From the NCBI RefSeq assembly GCF_020745735.1, contig NC_083417.1, forward strand, positions 14,074,001 to 14,138,000: DNA of 64,000 nucleotides. Direction: 5' to 3'. Within the stretch, counting starts at the first letter, position 1. Each line of letters begins with the position of its first letter. Positions 11,406 through 24,799 of the stretch are shown here, one piece after another. This DNA is from Hemiscyllium ocellatum (lineage: Eukaryota). A model generated the notes under the pieces. The model did not search any database. It saw only the letters and a list, made by a program, of their open reading frames with translations, and was not told the origin of the DNA. A program made the position numbers and the translations under genes.

Positions 11406-14266
11406 TCACCTTATTGGGACTGCATTATAGACCCCCCGAATAGTCAGAGGGAAATTGAGAAACAAACTTGTCAGGAGATCTCAGCTATCTGTAAGAATAA
11501 TAGGGGAGTTAAGGTAGGGGATTTTAACTTTCCAAAAATCGACTGGGACTGCCATAATGTTAAAGGTTTAGATTAGATTAGATTACTTACAGTGTGGAAA
11601 CAGGCCCTTCGGCCCAACAAGTCCACACCGACCCGCCAAAGTGCAACCCACCCATACCCCTACATTTACCCCTTACCTAACACTACGGGCAATTTAGCAT
11701 GGCCAATTCACCTAACCTGCACATCTTTGGACTGTGGGAGGAAACCGGAGCACCCGGAGGAAACCCACGCAGACACGGGGAGAACGTGCAAACTCCACAC
11801 AGTCAGTTGCCTGAGGCGGGAATCAAACCCAGGTCTCTGGCGCTGTGAGGCAGCAGTGCTAACCACTGTGCCACCGTGCGGAGATGGAGAGCAAGTTCTT
11901 AAGTGTGTACAAGACAATTTTCTGATTCAGTATGTGGATGTACCTACTAGAGAAGGTGCAAAATTTGACCTACTCTTGGGAAGTAAGGCAGGGCAGGTGA
12001 CTGAGGTGTCAGTGGGGGAGCACTTTGGGGCCAGCGACCATAATTCTATTCGTTTTAAAATAGTGATGGAAAAGGATAGACCAGATCTAAAAGTTGAAGT
12101 TTTAAATTGGAGAAAGGCCAATTTTGACGGTATTAGGCAAGAGCTTTCAAAAGCTGATTGGAGGCAGATGTAGGCGGGCAAAGAGATGGCTGGAAAATGG
12201 GAAGCCTTCAGAAATGAGATAACAAGAATCCAGACAAAGCATATTCCTGTCTGGGTGAAAGGGAAGGCTGGTAGGTATAGGGAATGCTGGATGACTAAAG
12301 AAGTTGAGGGTTTGGTGAAGAAAAAGAAGGAAACATATGTCAGGTACAGACAGTATAGATCGAGTGAATCCTTAGAAGAGTATAAAGGCAGTAGGAGTAT
12401 ACTTAAGAGGGAAATCAGGAGGGCAAAACGGGGAGATGAGATAGCTTTGGCAAATAAAATTAAGGAGAATCCAAAGGGTTTTTACAAATATATTAAGGAC
12501 AAAAGGGTAATTAGGGAGAGAATAGGGCCCCTCAAAGATCAGCAAGGCCGCCTTTGTGTGGAGCCACAGAAAATGGGAGAGATACTAAATGAATATTTTG
12601 CATCAGTATTTACTGTGGAAAAAGATATGGAAGATATAGACTGTAGGGAAATAAATGGTGACATCTTGCAAAATGTCCAGATTACAGAGGAGGAAGTGTT
12701 GGATGTCTTGAAATGGTTAAAAGCGGATAAATCCACAGGACCTGATCAGGTGTACCCGAGAACTCTGTGGGAAGCTAGAGAAGTGATTGCTGGGCCTCTT
12801 GCTGAGTGTCAGACGACTGGAGGTTGGCAAACGTGGTGCCACTATTTAAGAAGGGTGGTAAGGACAAGCCAGGGAACTATAGACCAGTGAGCCTGACCTC
12901 GGTAGTGGGCAAGTTGTCGGAGGGAATCCTAAGGGACAGGATGTACATGTATTTGGAAAGGCAAGGACTGATTCTGGATAGTCAATATGGCTTTGTACGT
13001 GGGAAATCATGTCTCACAAACTTGATTGCGTTTTTTGATGAATTAACAAAGAAGATAGATGAGGGCAGAGCAGTAGATGTGATCTATATGGACTTCAGTA
13101 CGGCGTTCGACAAAGTTCTCCATGAGAGTCTGATTAGCAAGGTTAGATCTTATGGAATACAGGGAGAAAGCTAGCCATTTGGATACAGAACTGGCTCAAA
13201 TATAGAAGACAGAGGGTGGTGGTGGAGGGTTGTTTTTCAGACTGGAGGCCTGTGACCAGTGGAGTGCCACAAAGATTGGTGTTGGGCCCTCTACTTTTTG
13301 TCATTTACATAAATGATTTGGATGTGGGCATAAGAGGTACAGTTAGTAAGTTTGCAGATGACACCAAAATTGGAGGTGTCGTCGACAGCGAAGAGGGTTA
13401 CCTCAGATTACAACAGGATCTTGATCAGATGGGCCAATGGGCTGAGAAGTGGCAGATGAGTTTAATTCAGATAAATGCGAGGTGCTGCATTTTGGGAAAG
13501 CAAATCTTAGCAGGACTTATACACTTAATGGTAAGGTCCTAGGGAGTGTTGCTGAACAAAGAGACCTTGGAGTGCAGATTCATAGCTCCTTGAAAGTGGA
13601 GTCGCAGGTAGATAGGATAGTGAAGAAGGCGTTTGGTATGCTTTCCTTTATTGGTCAGAGTACTGAGCACAGGAGTTGGGAGGTCATGCTGCAGCTGTAC
13701 ACGACATTGGCTAGGCCATTGTTGAAATATTGCATGCAATTCTGGTCTCCTTCCTATCGGAAAGAAGTTGTGAAACTTGAAAGGGTTCAGAAAAGATCTA
13801 CAAGGATGTTGCCAGGGTTGGAGGATCTGAGCTACAGGGAGAGGCTGAACAGGCTGGGGCTGTTTTCCCTGGAGTGTTGGAGGCTGAGGGGTGACCTTAT
13901 AGAGGTTTACAAAATTATGGATAGGATAAATAGGCAAAGTCTTTTCCCTGGAGTTGGGGAGTCCAGAACTAGAGATCATAGGTTTAGGGTGAGAGGGGAA
14001 AGATATAAAAGAGCCCTAAGGGGCAACCTTTTCACGCAGAGGATGGTACGTGTATGGAATGAGCTGCCAGAGGATGTGGTGGAGGCTGGTACAATTGCAA
14101 CATTTGAGAGGCACTTGGATGGCTATATGAATAGGAAGGGCTTGGAGGGATATGGGCCGGGTGCTGGCAGGTGGGACTAGATTGGGTTGGGATAGCTGGT
14201 CGGCATGGACGTGTTGGACCGAATGGTCTGTTTCCATGCTGTACATCTCTATGACTCTATGACTCT
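11406..14266 (+). mobile_element. CR1 LINE (HER1-like), 5'-truncated, ORF2 pseudogene
   Basis: APE motifs GDFNFP and SDHNSI; RT motifs NYRPVSLTS, SGVPQ and KFADDTK; 3' tail (ctatgact)n. Confidence 0.96.
11569..11881 (-). mobile_element. HE1-like V-domain SINE inserted in CR1
   Basis: tRNA-like head, V-domain tgtgtggagtttgcacgttctccccgtgtctgcgtgggtttcctccggg, CR1-like tail with (aatct)n. Confidence 0.92.
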
Positions 14267-14279
14267 ATATACCTTAGCA

Positions 14280-14470
14280 ATACATGCCGACCAGGACATT
14301 GGGAATACTTTCCTTGTTCTTCCTTCAAACAATACCACGATGTTTTGTATCTACCTATGAGGTCCCATTGACTCTCTGTTTCATGACTCGTCATAAAGGT
14401 GACAATTCTGATGATGCAGCATGCCTTCAGTATTGCAGTGGAGTGTGGGCTGAGAATTTTGTGCTCAATG
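14280..14470 (-). mobile_element. Deu-domain SINE 5' part
   Basis: Similar to 21945-22240 and 27605-28030. Confidence 0.55.
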
Positions 14471-14761
14471 TATGAACACATGAAATATAAGCAATAACAT
14501 TCCATTTGGCTCCTTTAATCTGGTCCACCATTCAATAAGATCCAAGCTGATCTCTGCCCTTAACTGCATATTCCTCTCTAACCTTGCGTAACCATTGACT
14601 CCCTTGTTAGTCAAGAAAAGGTGTCTTTTGAAACATCTCCAACAGGAGCAATTCCAACATGAAATAAATTTGCCACAGTAGGCTTCTGAACCTACTTCTT
14701 CTAGCTCAGAGGCAAGAGTATAACTCAATTAATCATGGGTGATAATATCATGTCTACTTAC

Positions 14762-14985
14762 ACAAAACAGAAATTGCTGGAGAAACTCAGCAAGTCTGGC
14801 AGTTTTGGTGCGAGAAAGTAAAGTTAATATTTTGGGTCCAATGATCATTCTTCAGAGTTCTGAAGAAGTGTCATTGGGCTCCAAACATTAACTCTGCTTT
14901 CTCTCCACAGTTGCTGCCAGACCTGCTGATTTTCTCCAGCAATTTCTGGTTCAGTTTTCCAGCATCTGCAACTACATGCTTTATT
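14762..14985. mobile_element. Family C inverted-repeat insert with degenerate hammerhead (14857-14892, +)
   Basis: Arms cagaaattgctggagaaactcagca / tgctgattttctccagcaatttctg; gtt CTGAAGA a ... CAAA CA TT aac. Confidence 0.82.
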
Positions 14986-15229
14986 TCACATCTCCTTTCC
15001 TATTAGTTCTGAAGTCTGTATTTACTGGTTTTTTTGGAAGAATTATTCCCACCCTGCAAATGTGAAATTTCCAAAATTATCCAATCCTTTATTAATTCTG
15101 TTGTTTGTTTTTAATCAGAACAGGAACCTTTCTACCAACATTACTTCTTTAAGACATGTTGCATGATTTCAACAGCTTCTTCAAACACTAGATTCAATTT
15201 TTCCATTTCAATGAGATATTATCCTGTCA

Positions 15230-15544
15230 GATTTTGATTCAGATTCCCTACAGTATGGAAACAGGTCCTTCGGCCCAACATGTCCATACCAATTCTCCGA
15301 AGAGTAATCCACCCAGACCCAATTCCCTACCCTATATGTGCCCCTGACAAATGCATCAAACACTCTGGGAAATTCAGCACTGCCAATTTACCTGGCCTGC
15401 ACATCTTGGATTGTGGGAGGAAACCCACGCAGACACGGGGAGAATGTGCAAACTCCACACAGACAGTCACCCGAGGCAGGAATTGAACCTGGGACCCCTC
15501 ACTGCGCTGTGGGGCAGCAGTGCTAACCACTGAGCCACCGTGCC
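15230..15544 (-). mobile_element. HE1-like V-SINE
   Basis: Same head, V-domain and tail as 11569-11881. Confidence 0.9.
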
Positions 15545-16059
15545 TCTCTTTATTCCAAAATTCTTCGCATTTCATCTCCTTTCATTTCCGATGATACATT
15601 TTTAATAAACAAAAATGAGCAAAGGCAGTAAAAACTGTCACAGATAGTTTTAAAATGCTAATCTGCATGAATTGTGCAAAAATGGATACATTTAAGTAAT
15701 TATTTCAAGATTCAGCAGCAGGCGGACATATTTGAAGGTCAAATCTGATAGGCTCACAGGTTAACGTTGATTCCACCATATGCCATTCATTCAGTCATTT
15801 AGTGTTCAATCCCATTGCAATGATTTCACTATCTCAATTCCTTTACATTTCTGACATTACTTTTTCTTTTCTTTTGTGAATGAGCCCAACAGAGTTCTTT
15901 AAAACTTCATCTTCTATCATTAGTTGCCCTGGAGATGTAGGTCATGTGTCAATGGTACCAATGAATTCCATTTGGTGAAGGTATTTTCACAACTCCGTTA
16001 GGTTCGGTGTTTCAGAAACCTCAACACACTATAAGCATAGTCCTCTGATAATTATGGGG

Positions 16060-16400
16060 AGTGGACTTTAAAGCTGGTGAATGGACTGCCAGTTAAGGTT
16101 AGCTGCTTTCCTGAATGGTGTTTAATTTCTTGAATGTCATTGCAAATGTACCCATCCAGGTAAGAGGATAGCATTCCATCACCCTCCTGACTTGTATCTT
16201 GTAGATCGTAGAGAGGATACAGGGAGTCAGGAGTTAAGCTACTCATCATAAAATGCTCAGTCTCTCGCTTGCTTCAGTAAACATGGCATTTATTATTTAA
16301 ATGTTTTAATTAATGCTTGCGATGAGAGCATCACAAGCAAGGACACCATTTATTATCCATTCCTCACTGCTCTCGAGAAGCCATGTCACTTTCTGAAACC
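16060..16400 (-). mobile_element. Old LINE 3' fragments
   Basis: Similar to 26910-27400. Confidence 0.5.
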
Positions 16401-18360
16401 CCTGCAGTCCATATGGTGATGAACAGTTCTGGTGGGTCAAGCATTTTAGTATGTTGCTCTGAAACTGGCATATACCCAGAGTTCCTGTTTGAGAATTGTC
16501 AGAGAGAAAGAAAGAACTTATATTTCCATTGTGCCATTATGGAACTTATATTTCCAATATATTACTGGGGTCCCCAAATTTGTTTCCAAGCCAATAAATT
16601 ACTTCTGCTTTTTGGAAGCATATTAATTATATGATCAGAGTAACAGCTTACAAAATTAAGGTTGTCACCTTCAGCAGGTGAGATTGTTCCAGTAAATTTC
16701 AATAGTTCTGGGACAGGGAGGTGACAATCAACCATGGCACTCTATTCTTGGTTGTTATCCATTGACTTAAACTGGGAAGTGTGTATGACCATGTTTCAGT
16801 AAAGAGAGAGGGCCAGAAAGTGGGAATAGCCACTATACCCTTGGTGGTGACATGGCAGACTGGCACTCACTGTCGATATGAAAACATGAGGAATGTTTCC
16901 TTGAAGGCCAACCAAAAGACAGTTGATGCACTCAGAATTATACTCCAGAATGCATATTAAAAAATTGCTGCTAGAATAGTAAGGAGAAAAAAAGGAGTGC
17001 AAGAAAAAGTGAGAAATGCAAAACAGATAGTAAGCGTTCCTTCACAAATTTTGAAAAAAGAGGAGTGACAGTCCCATAAAAAGTGAGTCTGTGGCATTAA
17101 CAAAGGAAAGCAAGGAGTTGTCAGCTAAATTGACCAGGTATGTTCATTCAGTCTTTGCTGTGGAAAATATAAGTAACATCCCAGAAATAGCTATGAATCA
17201 GAACATAAAAGAGAGGAAGGAACTCGGGAATATTACAATCACGCAGGGATGTGGCGCTCAGAAAGTTGTTGGAGCTGCAAAATGAGAAGAGAGGACTGAA
17301 TGCAGGAAACTAGCAGTTGGTTAGCTTAAGATCTGACATAGGAAAAGTGTCAGGAGGTATTGTTAAAACATTATTACAGAGCACTTAAAATACTCAAAGT
17401 AATCATGCAGAGTAAAAATGTTTTTGAGAAAGAGAAATAATGTTTAACCAACTTTTCTTGATGAGGCAGCAACAGGTCTTATGTGTATATGGGTCCCAGA
17501 GCATGTCCTATGTTTAGAGTTTTAGAATTTGATGTGGCTACTGCAAAAAATATAAACTTACGGTGTAGGGGGAAGCATATTGGCATAGATAGGAAATTGG
17601 CTAGCTAACAGGAAGCAGAGAGTACACATAAGTAGGTCACTTTTTGATTGACAAGACGTAATAAGAGGTGGGCCATCGGGATCATTGCTGGGTCCTCAAC
17701 CTTTTACAAATTACAATAATAATACAATCTTAGATTTTAAAAATAAATGACTTGGATGAAGGAACTGAAGGTATAATCGCTAAATTTGCTGATGACAAAA
17801 AGATAAGCAGGAAAGTACGTTGTGACAAGGACAAACCAAGGCTGCACAGGGGTATGGAGCAGTCAGATGAGGAGGCAGAGATCTGGCAAATGGATTATAA
17901 TGTGGGAAACTGTGAAATTGACCATTTTGGCAGGAATAATAAAAATACATATTATCTAAATAATGAGAGATTGCAGAGCTCTGAGCTGTGCAGACAAACC
18001 AAGTAATTAGGAAATCTAATAGAATGGTATTGGTTATCATGAGTGGAATTAAATTCAAAAGTAAGGATGTAATGCTCCTGAGAAACAGGGCATTGATGAG
18101 ACCACAGCTGGGGTACTGCATCCAATATCAGTCACCTTAATGCGTTGGACCCAGTTCACAGAAGGTAAACCAATACCTGGATTGTCTAATGAAGAAGGTT
18201 GAGCTGGTGAGGTTTGTATCTGCTGCAGTCCAGAAGAATAAGAGACAACTTAATTGAAACATATACAAGATCCTGAGATTTCTTGACAGACATACATAGA
18301 AAGGATACCGCCCTCTTGAGAAAGAATCTTGAACTAGGGGGTCACTATTTAAAAATGAGT

Positions 18361-18585
18361 GACTTGTAATGTTTGACTTTTAGCTTTTTTTTCTAAATAA
18401 TATTAAGAATTAGAATGGTGTTTAACTTCTAACTTTGTTCTTTCTTTCTACCTTGTTCTTATGATTCTGTACCTACGCACTTGTACCTAAGAAGGTGCCT
18501 TGTGTGGCAACATTATACACTTTTCACTGTACTCCTGCACATTTGTAACTGAGTACACATGACAATAAAATCTAAATCTAAATCG
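18361..18585 (+). mobile_element. LINE 3' tail, Rex1/Babar-like
   Basis: cttttcactgtac...gtacacatgacaataaa followed by (atctaa)n. Confidence 0.55.
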
Positions 18586-18631
18586 AAAAGAAATGGGGGG
18601 GGAGTGGTGGGGTCACTCACTTAAAACAGAG

Positions 18632-21270
18632 AGTGTGCTGAGGGAGGATATTCCCAGAAATACATCCAGGGAAGTTATTTGGGTGGAATTGAAAAATAAG
18701 AAAGGGATGATCACCTTATTGGGATTGTATTATAGACCCCTGAATAGTCAGAGGGAAATTGAGAAATGAACTTGTCAGGAGATCTCAGCTATCTGTAAGA
18801 ATAATAGGGTAGTTATGGTAGGGGATTTTAACTTTCCAAACATCGACTGGGACTGCCATAGTGTTAAAGGTTTAGATGGAGAGGAATTTCTTAACTGTGT
18901 ACAAGACAATTTTCTGATTCAGTATGTGGATGTACTTATTAGAGAAAGTGCAAAACTTGACCTACTCTTGGGAAGTAAGGCAGGGCAGGTGACTGAGGTG
19001 TCATGGGAGAGCACTTTGGGGCCAGCGACCATAATTCTATTCGTTTTAAAATAGCGATGGAAAAGGATAGACCAGATCTAAAAGTTGAAGTTCTAAATTG
19101 GAGAAAGGCCAATTTTGATGGTATTAGGCAAGAACTTTCAAAAGCTGATTGGAGGCAGATGTACGCGGGTAAAGGGATGGCTGGAAAATGGGAAGCCTTT
19201 AGAAATGAGATAACAAGAATCCAGACAAAGTATATTCCTGTCTGGGTGAAAGGGAAGGCTGGTAGGTACAGAGAATGCTGGATGACTAAAGAAATTGAGG
19301 GTTTGGTGAAGAAAAGGAAGGAAGCATATGTCAGGTACAGACAGTATAGATCGAGTGAATCCTTAGAAGAGTATAAAGAAAGTAGGAGTATACTTAAGAG
19401 GGAAATCAGGAGGGCAAAACAGGGACATGAGATAACTTTAGCAAATAGAATTAAGGAGAATCCAAAGGGTTTTTACAAATATATTAGGGACAAAAGGGTA
19501 ATTAAGGAGAGAATAGGGCCCCTCAAAGATCAGCAAGGCCGCGTTTGTGTGGAGCCAAAGAAAATGGGGGAGATATAAATGAATATTTTGCATCAGTATT
19601 TACTGTGGAAAAGGATATGGAAGATATAAACTGTAGGGAAATAAATGGTGACGTCTTGTAAAATGTCCAGATTACAGAGGAGGAACTGCTGGATGTCTTG
19701 AAACAGTTAAAATTGGATAAATCCCCAGGACCTGATCAGGTGTACCCAAAAACTCTGTGGGAAGCTAGAGAAATGATTGCTGGGCCTCTTGCTGAGATAT
19801 TTGTATCATTGAAAGTCACAGGTGAGGTGCCAGAAGACTGGAGGTTGGCAAATGTGGTGGAATATTTAAGAAGGGCGGTAAAGACAAGCCAGGGAACTAT
19901 AGACCAGTGAGCCTGACCTCGGTGGTGGGCAAGTTGTTGGAGGGAATCCTGAGGGACAGGATGTACATGTATTTGGAAAGGCAAGAACTGATTCTGGATA
20001 GTCAACATGGCTTTGTGCGTGGGAAATCATGTCTCACAAACTTGATTGAGTTTTTTGATGAAGCAACAAAGAAGATAGATGAGGGCAGAGCAGTAGATGT
20101 GATCTATATGGACTTCAGTAAGGCGTCCGACAAGGTTCTCCATGGGAGACTGATTAGCAAGGTTAGATCTCACGGAATACAGGGAGAACTAGCCATTTGG
20201 ATACAGAACTGGCTCAAAGGTTGAAGACAGAGGGTGGTGGTGGAGGATTGTTTTTCAGACTGGAGGCCTATGACCAGTGGAGTGCCACAAGGATCGGTGC
20301 TGGGCCCTCTACTTCTTGTTATTTGCATAAATGATTTGGATGTGGGCATAAGAGGTACAGTTAGTAAGTTTGCAGATGACACCAAAATTGGTGGTGTAGT
20401 GGACAAGGAAGAGGGTTACCTCAGATTACAACAGGATCTGGACCAGATGTGCCAATGGGCTGAGGAGTGGCAGATGGAGTTTAATTCAGATAAATGCGAG
20501 GTGCTGCATTTTGGGAAAGCAAATCTTAGCAGGACTTATACACTTAATGGTAAGGTCCTAGGGAGTGTTGCTGAACAAAGAGACCTAGGAGTGCAGGTTC
20601 ATAGCTCCTTGAAAGTGAAGTCACAGGTAGAAAGGATAGTGAAGAAGGCATTTGGTATGCTTTCCTTTATTGGTCAGAGTATTGAGTACAAGAGTTGGGA
20701 GGTCATGTTGCAGCTGTACAGGACATTGGTTGGAATATTGCGTGCAATTCTGGTCTCCTTCCTATCGGAAAGAAGTTGTGAAACTTGAAAGGGTTCAGAA
20801 AAGATTTACAAGGATGTTGCCAGGGTTGGAGGATCTGACCTACAGGGAGAGGCTGAAAGTGGGGCTGTTTTCCCTGGAGCGTTGGAGGCTGAGGGGTGAC
20901 CTTATAGAGGTTTACAAAATTATGAGGGGCATGGATAGGATAAATAGGCAACTCCCTGGCGTTGGGGAGTCCAGAACTAGAAGGCATAGGTTTAGGGTGA
21001 GAGGGGAAAGATATAAAAGAGATCTAAGGGGCAACTTTTTCACGCAGAGGGTGGTACGTGTATGGAATGAGCTGCCAGAGGATGTGGTGGCGGCTGGTAC
21101 AATTGCAACATTTAAGAGGCATTTGGATGGGTATATGAATAGGAAAGGTTTGGAGGATATGGGCCGGGTGCTGGCAGGTGGGACTAGATTGGGTTGGGAT
21201 ATCCTAGTCGGCATGGACGGCTTGGACTGAAGGGTCTTTTTCCATGCTGTACATCTCTATGATTCTATGA
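18632..21270 (+). mobile_element. CR1 LINE (HER1-like), 5'-truncated, ORF2 pseudogene
   Basis: APE and RT motifs ([18 protein letters not shown]); tail ctatgattctatga; collinear with 11406-14266. Confidence 0.96.
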
Positions 21271-21944
21271 GATGGATAAATATTTTATCACAGAGAGTCA
21301 TGAGCCTTTGAAACTAGTTTCCTTGAAACAGTAGAAGCAGAGTCTTTTAATATTTAGATAGATTCTTGATGTACAGTGGGGTGAAAAGGTTATTGCAGTA
21401 GGTGGTGTGTAGTAATTTTAATTTTATGGAACAGCAGAACAAACTTGAAGGGGCGAGAGGTCTAATTCTGCTCTAATTTAATGTTTGCATCTTCCTAAAG
21501 GTTTATGTTGATTGACTTTAAGTAGGCATTTGTGAAAACTATCATCTTGGTAATGTCATTCAAAATCTTATTCAATGTGCTTTTTTCGTCAATGTTCTTA
21601 GGGCAGCAAATAATTTTCTTTCCATCCTGATTTCTTGCCACTCCTGGATTTTGCATTTCCTATAAACAGTGATATAAGCAAATAATCTATTTCAATCTGC
21701 TGTTAATATTTCCCTGGGTCAGGCAGGAAGGAATATCAGCGCAACTATTGCCTGCACTCACCCACTTTCTTTATACCAGGATGAAGATCAGGAAGACAAT
21801 ACAGTATGCAATGTTGAATTTGATTTCTTCTAGTATACAAAGTGTATTTTGACTTGTGATTTGCACTGAGTATGTAAGCAAAGCCAGGTTTAATGCCCTT
21901 TCCTTGCAACATACCTATTTGTAAATAGACTGGTAACACAAACT

Positions 21945-22240
21945 GCAATGAGATCGCGATCCAAATGATTTTTTTGGCAATGTTGTTTTAGATATGTTAT
22001 TATCCATAACAACAGGAATATATCCCCTCATTTCTTTCAAATCATTGGCATCTGATCTTTGACATCTATCTGAAAGGGCAGACAAAGCTTCAGTTTAATA
22101 TCTCATCTGAAAAACAGCAGCAGTCCCTTAGCAGTGTACTGAAGAATCAGCTGAGCTTAACTGCTCATACCTCTGCAGTTGAGACTCTAACCTAAAATCA
22201 TCTGACTCAAAGGTGAAAGTGCTACCACCGAGCAAATACT
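21945..22240 (-). mobile_element. Deu-domain SINE
   Basis: tttaatatctcatctgaaa Deu motif (reverse complement) and tRNA-like head. Confidence 0.62.
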
Positions 22241-22820
22241 GATGCCCACTCAGAGTATTAAGATTGAAAGGTTTGATGTGACAAGGTGTTATTATATCAG
22301 CAGACTTAGCTACATGCAATCCCCTTATCAATGTCATAAGTGCTGTGATTACCACAGGGCTAGGACTGACCATTATTGGCCTCCTAACCAAGTCAGATAA
22401 TTATCATTTACAACCATCTTTGCTTCTCTACAGTAAGAAGCATTTTCAATCCTTCCTGCAGCGTCTCTCTAATCCCTTGAGCCCTTGCTTTAGCTGCAAG
22501 GCTTTTGTGAGAGACCTTGTCAAAAGGTTGTGGAAGGAAAGATATCAAATATACCTTATCCACTAACTTCATTACACCCTGAAATATTTCCAATAAATGT
22601 GTTAGGCTCGACTTCCTTTTCATGAACCAGTGTTGGCTTTTGTTTATTACTTTTGATCTTGATAAATGTTCCTGAATTGAATCCATTATAATAGACCACT
22701 GTATTTCTTTCTCTCTATTGATGTCAAGATAACCAGCCAATAATACCCAGGGTCATGCCTCTGTACTTTCTGGAGGATTGGAATTGCATTAGCTGTTTTC
22801 AAGTCTTCTGATATTACTGA
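22240..22820 (-). mobile_element. Old CR1 RT fragment
   Basis: SQHWFMKRKSSLTHLLE...PFDKVSH. Confidence 0.75.
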
Positions 22821-23044
22821 TGTTTCCAAAGTACTCTGCAAGATTTATAATTTCCCCAGGTCACCTACGTTTACTGCTTCACTCTTTACATTCTGTGTGC
22901 CAACTAGGGCAGCTACAATCGTAATCAACCAGCTAACAAAAACCGAGTCATTCAATTCATCAAAAAAAGATTTCTTACCCAAATACTTCAAACCCCTTTT
23001 GTTTGAACAACAGCTTGAATTCACACCATTAAGGAAAGAGCTTT

Positions 23045-23410
23045 TTTTTCTCCTATATACTGTGACTGCCACTGGCAGGGCCAGCTTTTGTTGCCCATTC
23101 CCTAGTTCCTTGAATTAAATCAGCTCTCTATGACATTTCAGTGATGAGAGTCAATCACATTGCTGTCGTCCTAGAGCCACAGGTAGGCCAGACCAGGTAA
23201 GAACGGCAGGTTTTATTCTCTGTAGGACATCAGTTAACCACTTGCTCTTTTTAATTACATTAGTCATAATTTAGATTTGCTTTTAATTCCAGAATTTTTG
23301 CCTTGAGCTCAAATTTTAATCAAATGCCACGGTAGATTTTAACCTATACCTCCAGAATATTAGTCTGGGGCCTTAGCATCATAAGCCCTTTGGGCTTTGC
23401 ATTACACCAT
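23045..23410 (-). mobile_element. Second-family tRNA SINE
   Basis: gagtcaatcacattgctgt...taggccagaccaggtaag core. Confidence 0.7.
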
Positions 23411-23575
23411 TCAAGATATTTTGCGGGAGTGTTAGCAATCAAAATTTGACACTGATTCATATTAAGGAAAGGTTTGTATAAACAAATGCATATTTGATCA
23501 AAGCTTGCAAAAATAAATGATTTTAAGGATTGTCTCAAAAAGGAGGAAGGAGAGTTAGTGAGGCTAAGAAGTTTA

Positions 23576-23880
23576 TTAGATTAGATTACATACAGTGTGG
23601 AAACAGGCCCTTCAGCCCAACCAGTCCACACTGACCCTCCAAAGAGTAACCCACCCAGACCCATTTCCCTCTGACTAATGCACCTAATCTATGGGCAATT
23701 TAGCATGGCCAATTCATCTGACTTGCACATCTTTGGACGGTGGAAGGAAACCAGAGCACTTGGAGGAAACCCATGCAGACAATGTGTAAACTCCACACAG
23801 ACAGTCGCCCGAGGCTGGAATCAAACCTGGGTTCCTGGTGCTGTGAGGCAGCAGTGCTAACCACTGAGCCACCTTGCCGG
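23576..23880 (-). mobile_element. HE1-like V-SINE inserted in an L2-like fragment
   Basis: Head, V-domain and (aatct)n tail. Confidence 0.9.
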
Positions 23881-24799
23881 CCCAGCAAAATCCCAAAGCT
23901 AAGGGTTTAGGCAGCTGAAGGCACACTCACCAATGGACACAGCAATTAAAAGCAGGGAAGTGCAAAACACTAAAATTGGAGGACTACAGATATCTCAGAG
24001 GCCATACCCAAATCCTTAAAAATTTCATTCAGATTTGTCGATCACATTTTAGTTTCCTCCATCTTGTGTGCACTTTATAAAATCAGATAAGTTTCAACAG
24101 GAGAAAGGAATTCCGACCTAATAGGATTGTAACCATTTGTAAACTGGCTGTCAAGAACTTTTCAGTCTTCAGTCACTACCCTCTTGTACCTGATTTTGTT
24201 TATCCTTCATGAACTTGGCCAGAAGAAGGAAGGCACGAATGAAGCATGCATCACACCCAGTGCCTGTACCCCTCCTGTGCTGTCCTCCATTAGTTTCCAA
24301 CGTGCTCCTCATCTGGACTGAGTCAGCAAGTGACTGCCAGCTTGTGTGCCTCTGCATGAGTCAGCACCTTCAAAAGAGAGAGAGAAGGAAAGGTGACACA
24401 TTAGGGTATGGAAATGCAGAAAATCACTGAAATGTTTACACAGACTCCCATTCTCCAATCCTTTTTCCTGTACAGAACATGTGCGATTGGGTTAACATAA
24501 CAGAGTGAGGACCAGTGCAAAGCCAATGTAGCTCATCAAAGCCCAACACAAAATACATTCCAGTTTTTATAGCTTTTGATGGCACCGATTAGATTCATTG
24601 TTTTTAAATGAGAACTACAAATGACCTCACAGTCAAACCAAATTGTTGCACAACTGGAATGTGTCTAAAAAGTTAAATTCTTATTTCAACTTCTTGATGT
24701 GTTACATATGCACACAAGATGTACATAAAGTGTTTCAAATTGATCTAGGTTTGGATAGCAGTCTCGCCGCCACAACAACCTCCACAGAACAATAGTTTC

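Larger units (their letters stand above)
17045..21480 (+). mobile_element. Old CR1 LINE (17045-18360, 18610-18631, 21271-21480) hosting two younger inserts
   Basis: IAKFADDKKI...WQMDYNVGNCE RT remnant; 3' sequence resumes after the young CR1 tail. Confidence 0.8.

Noticed and set aside
11592-12173. 193-aa ORF as a gene
   Set aside because: Chimera of an antisense HE1 SINE and CR1 APE sequence.
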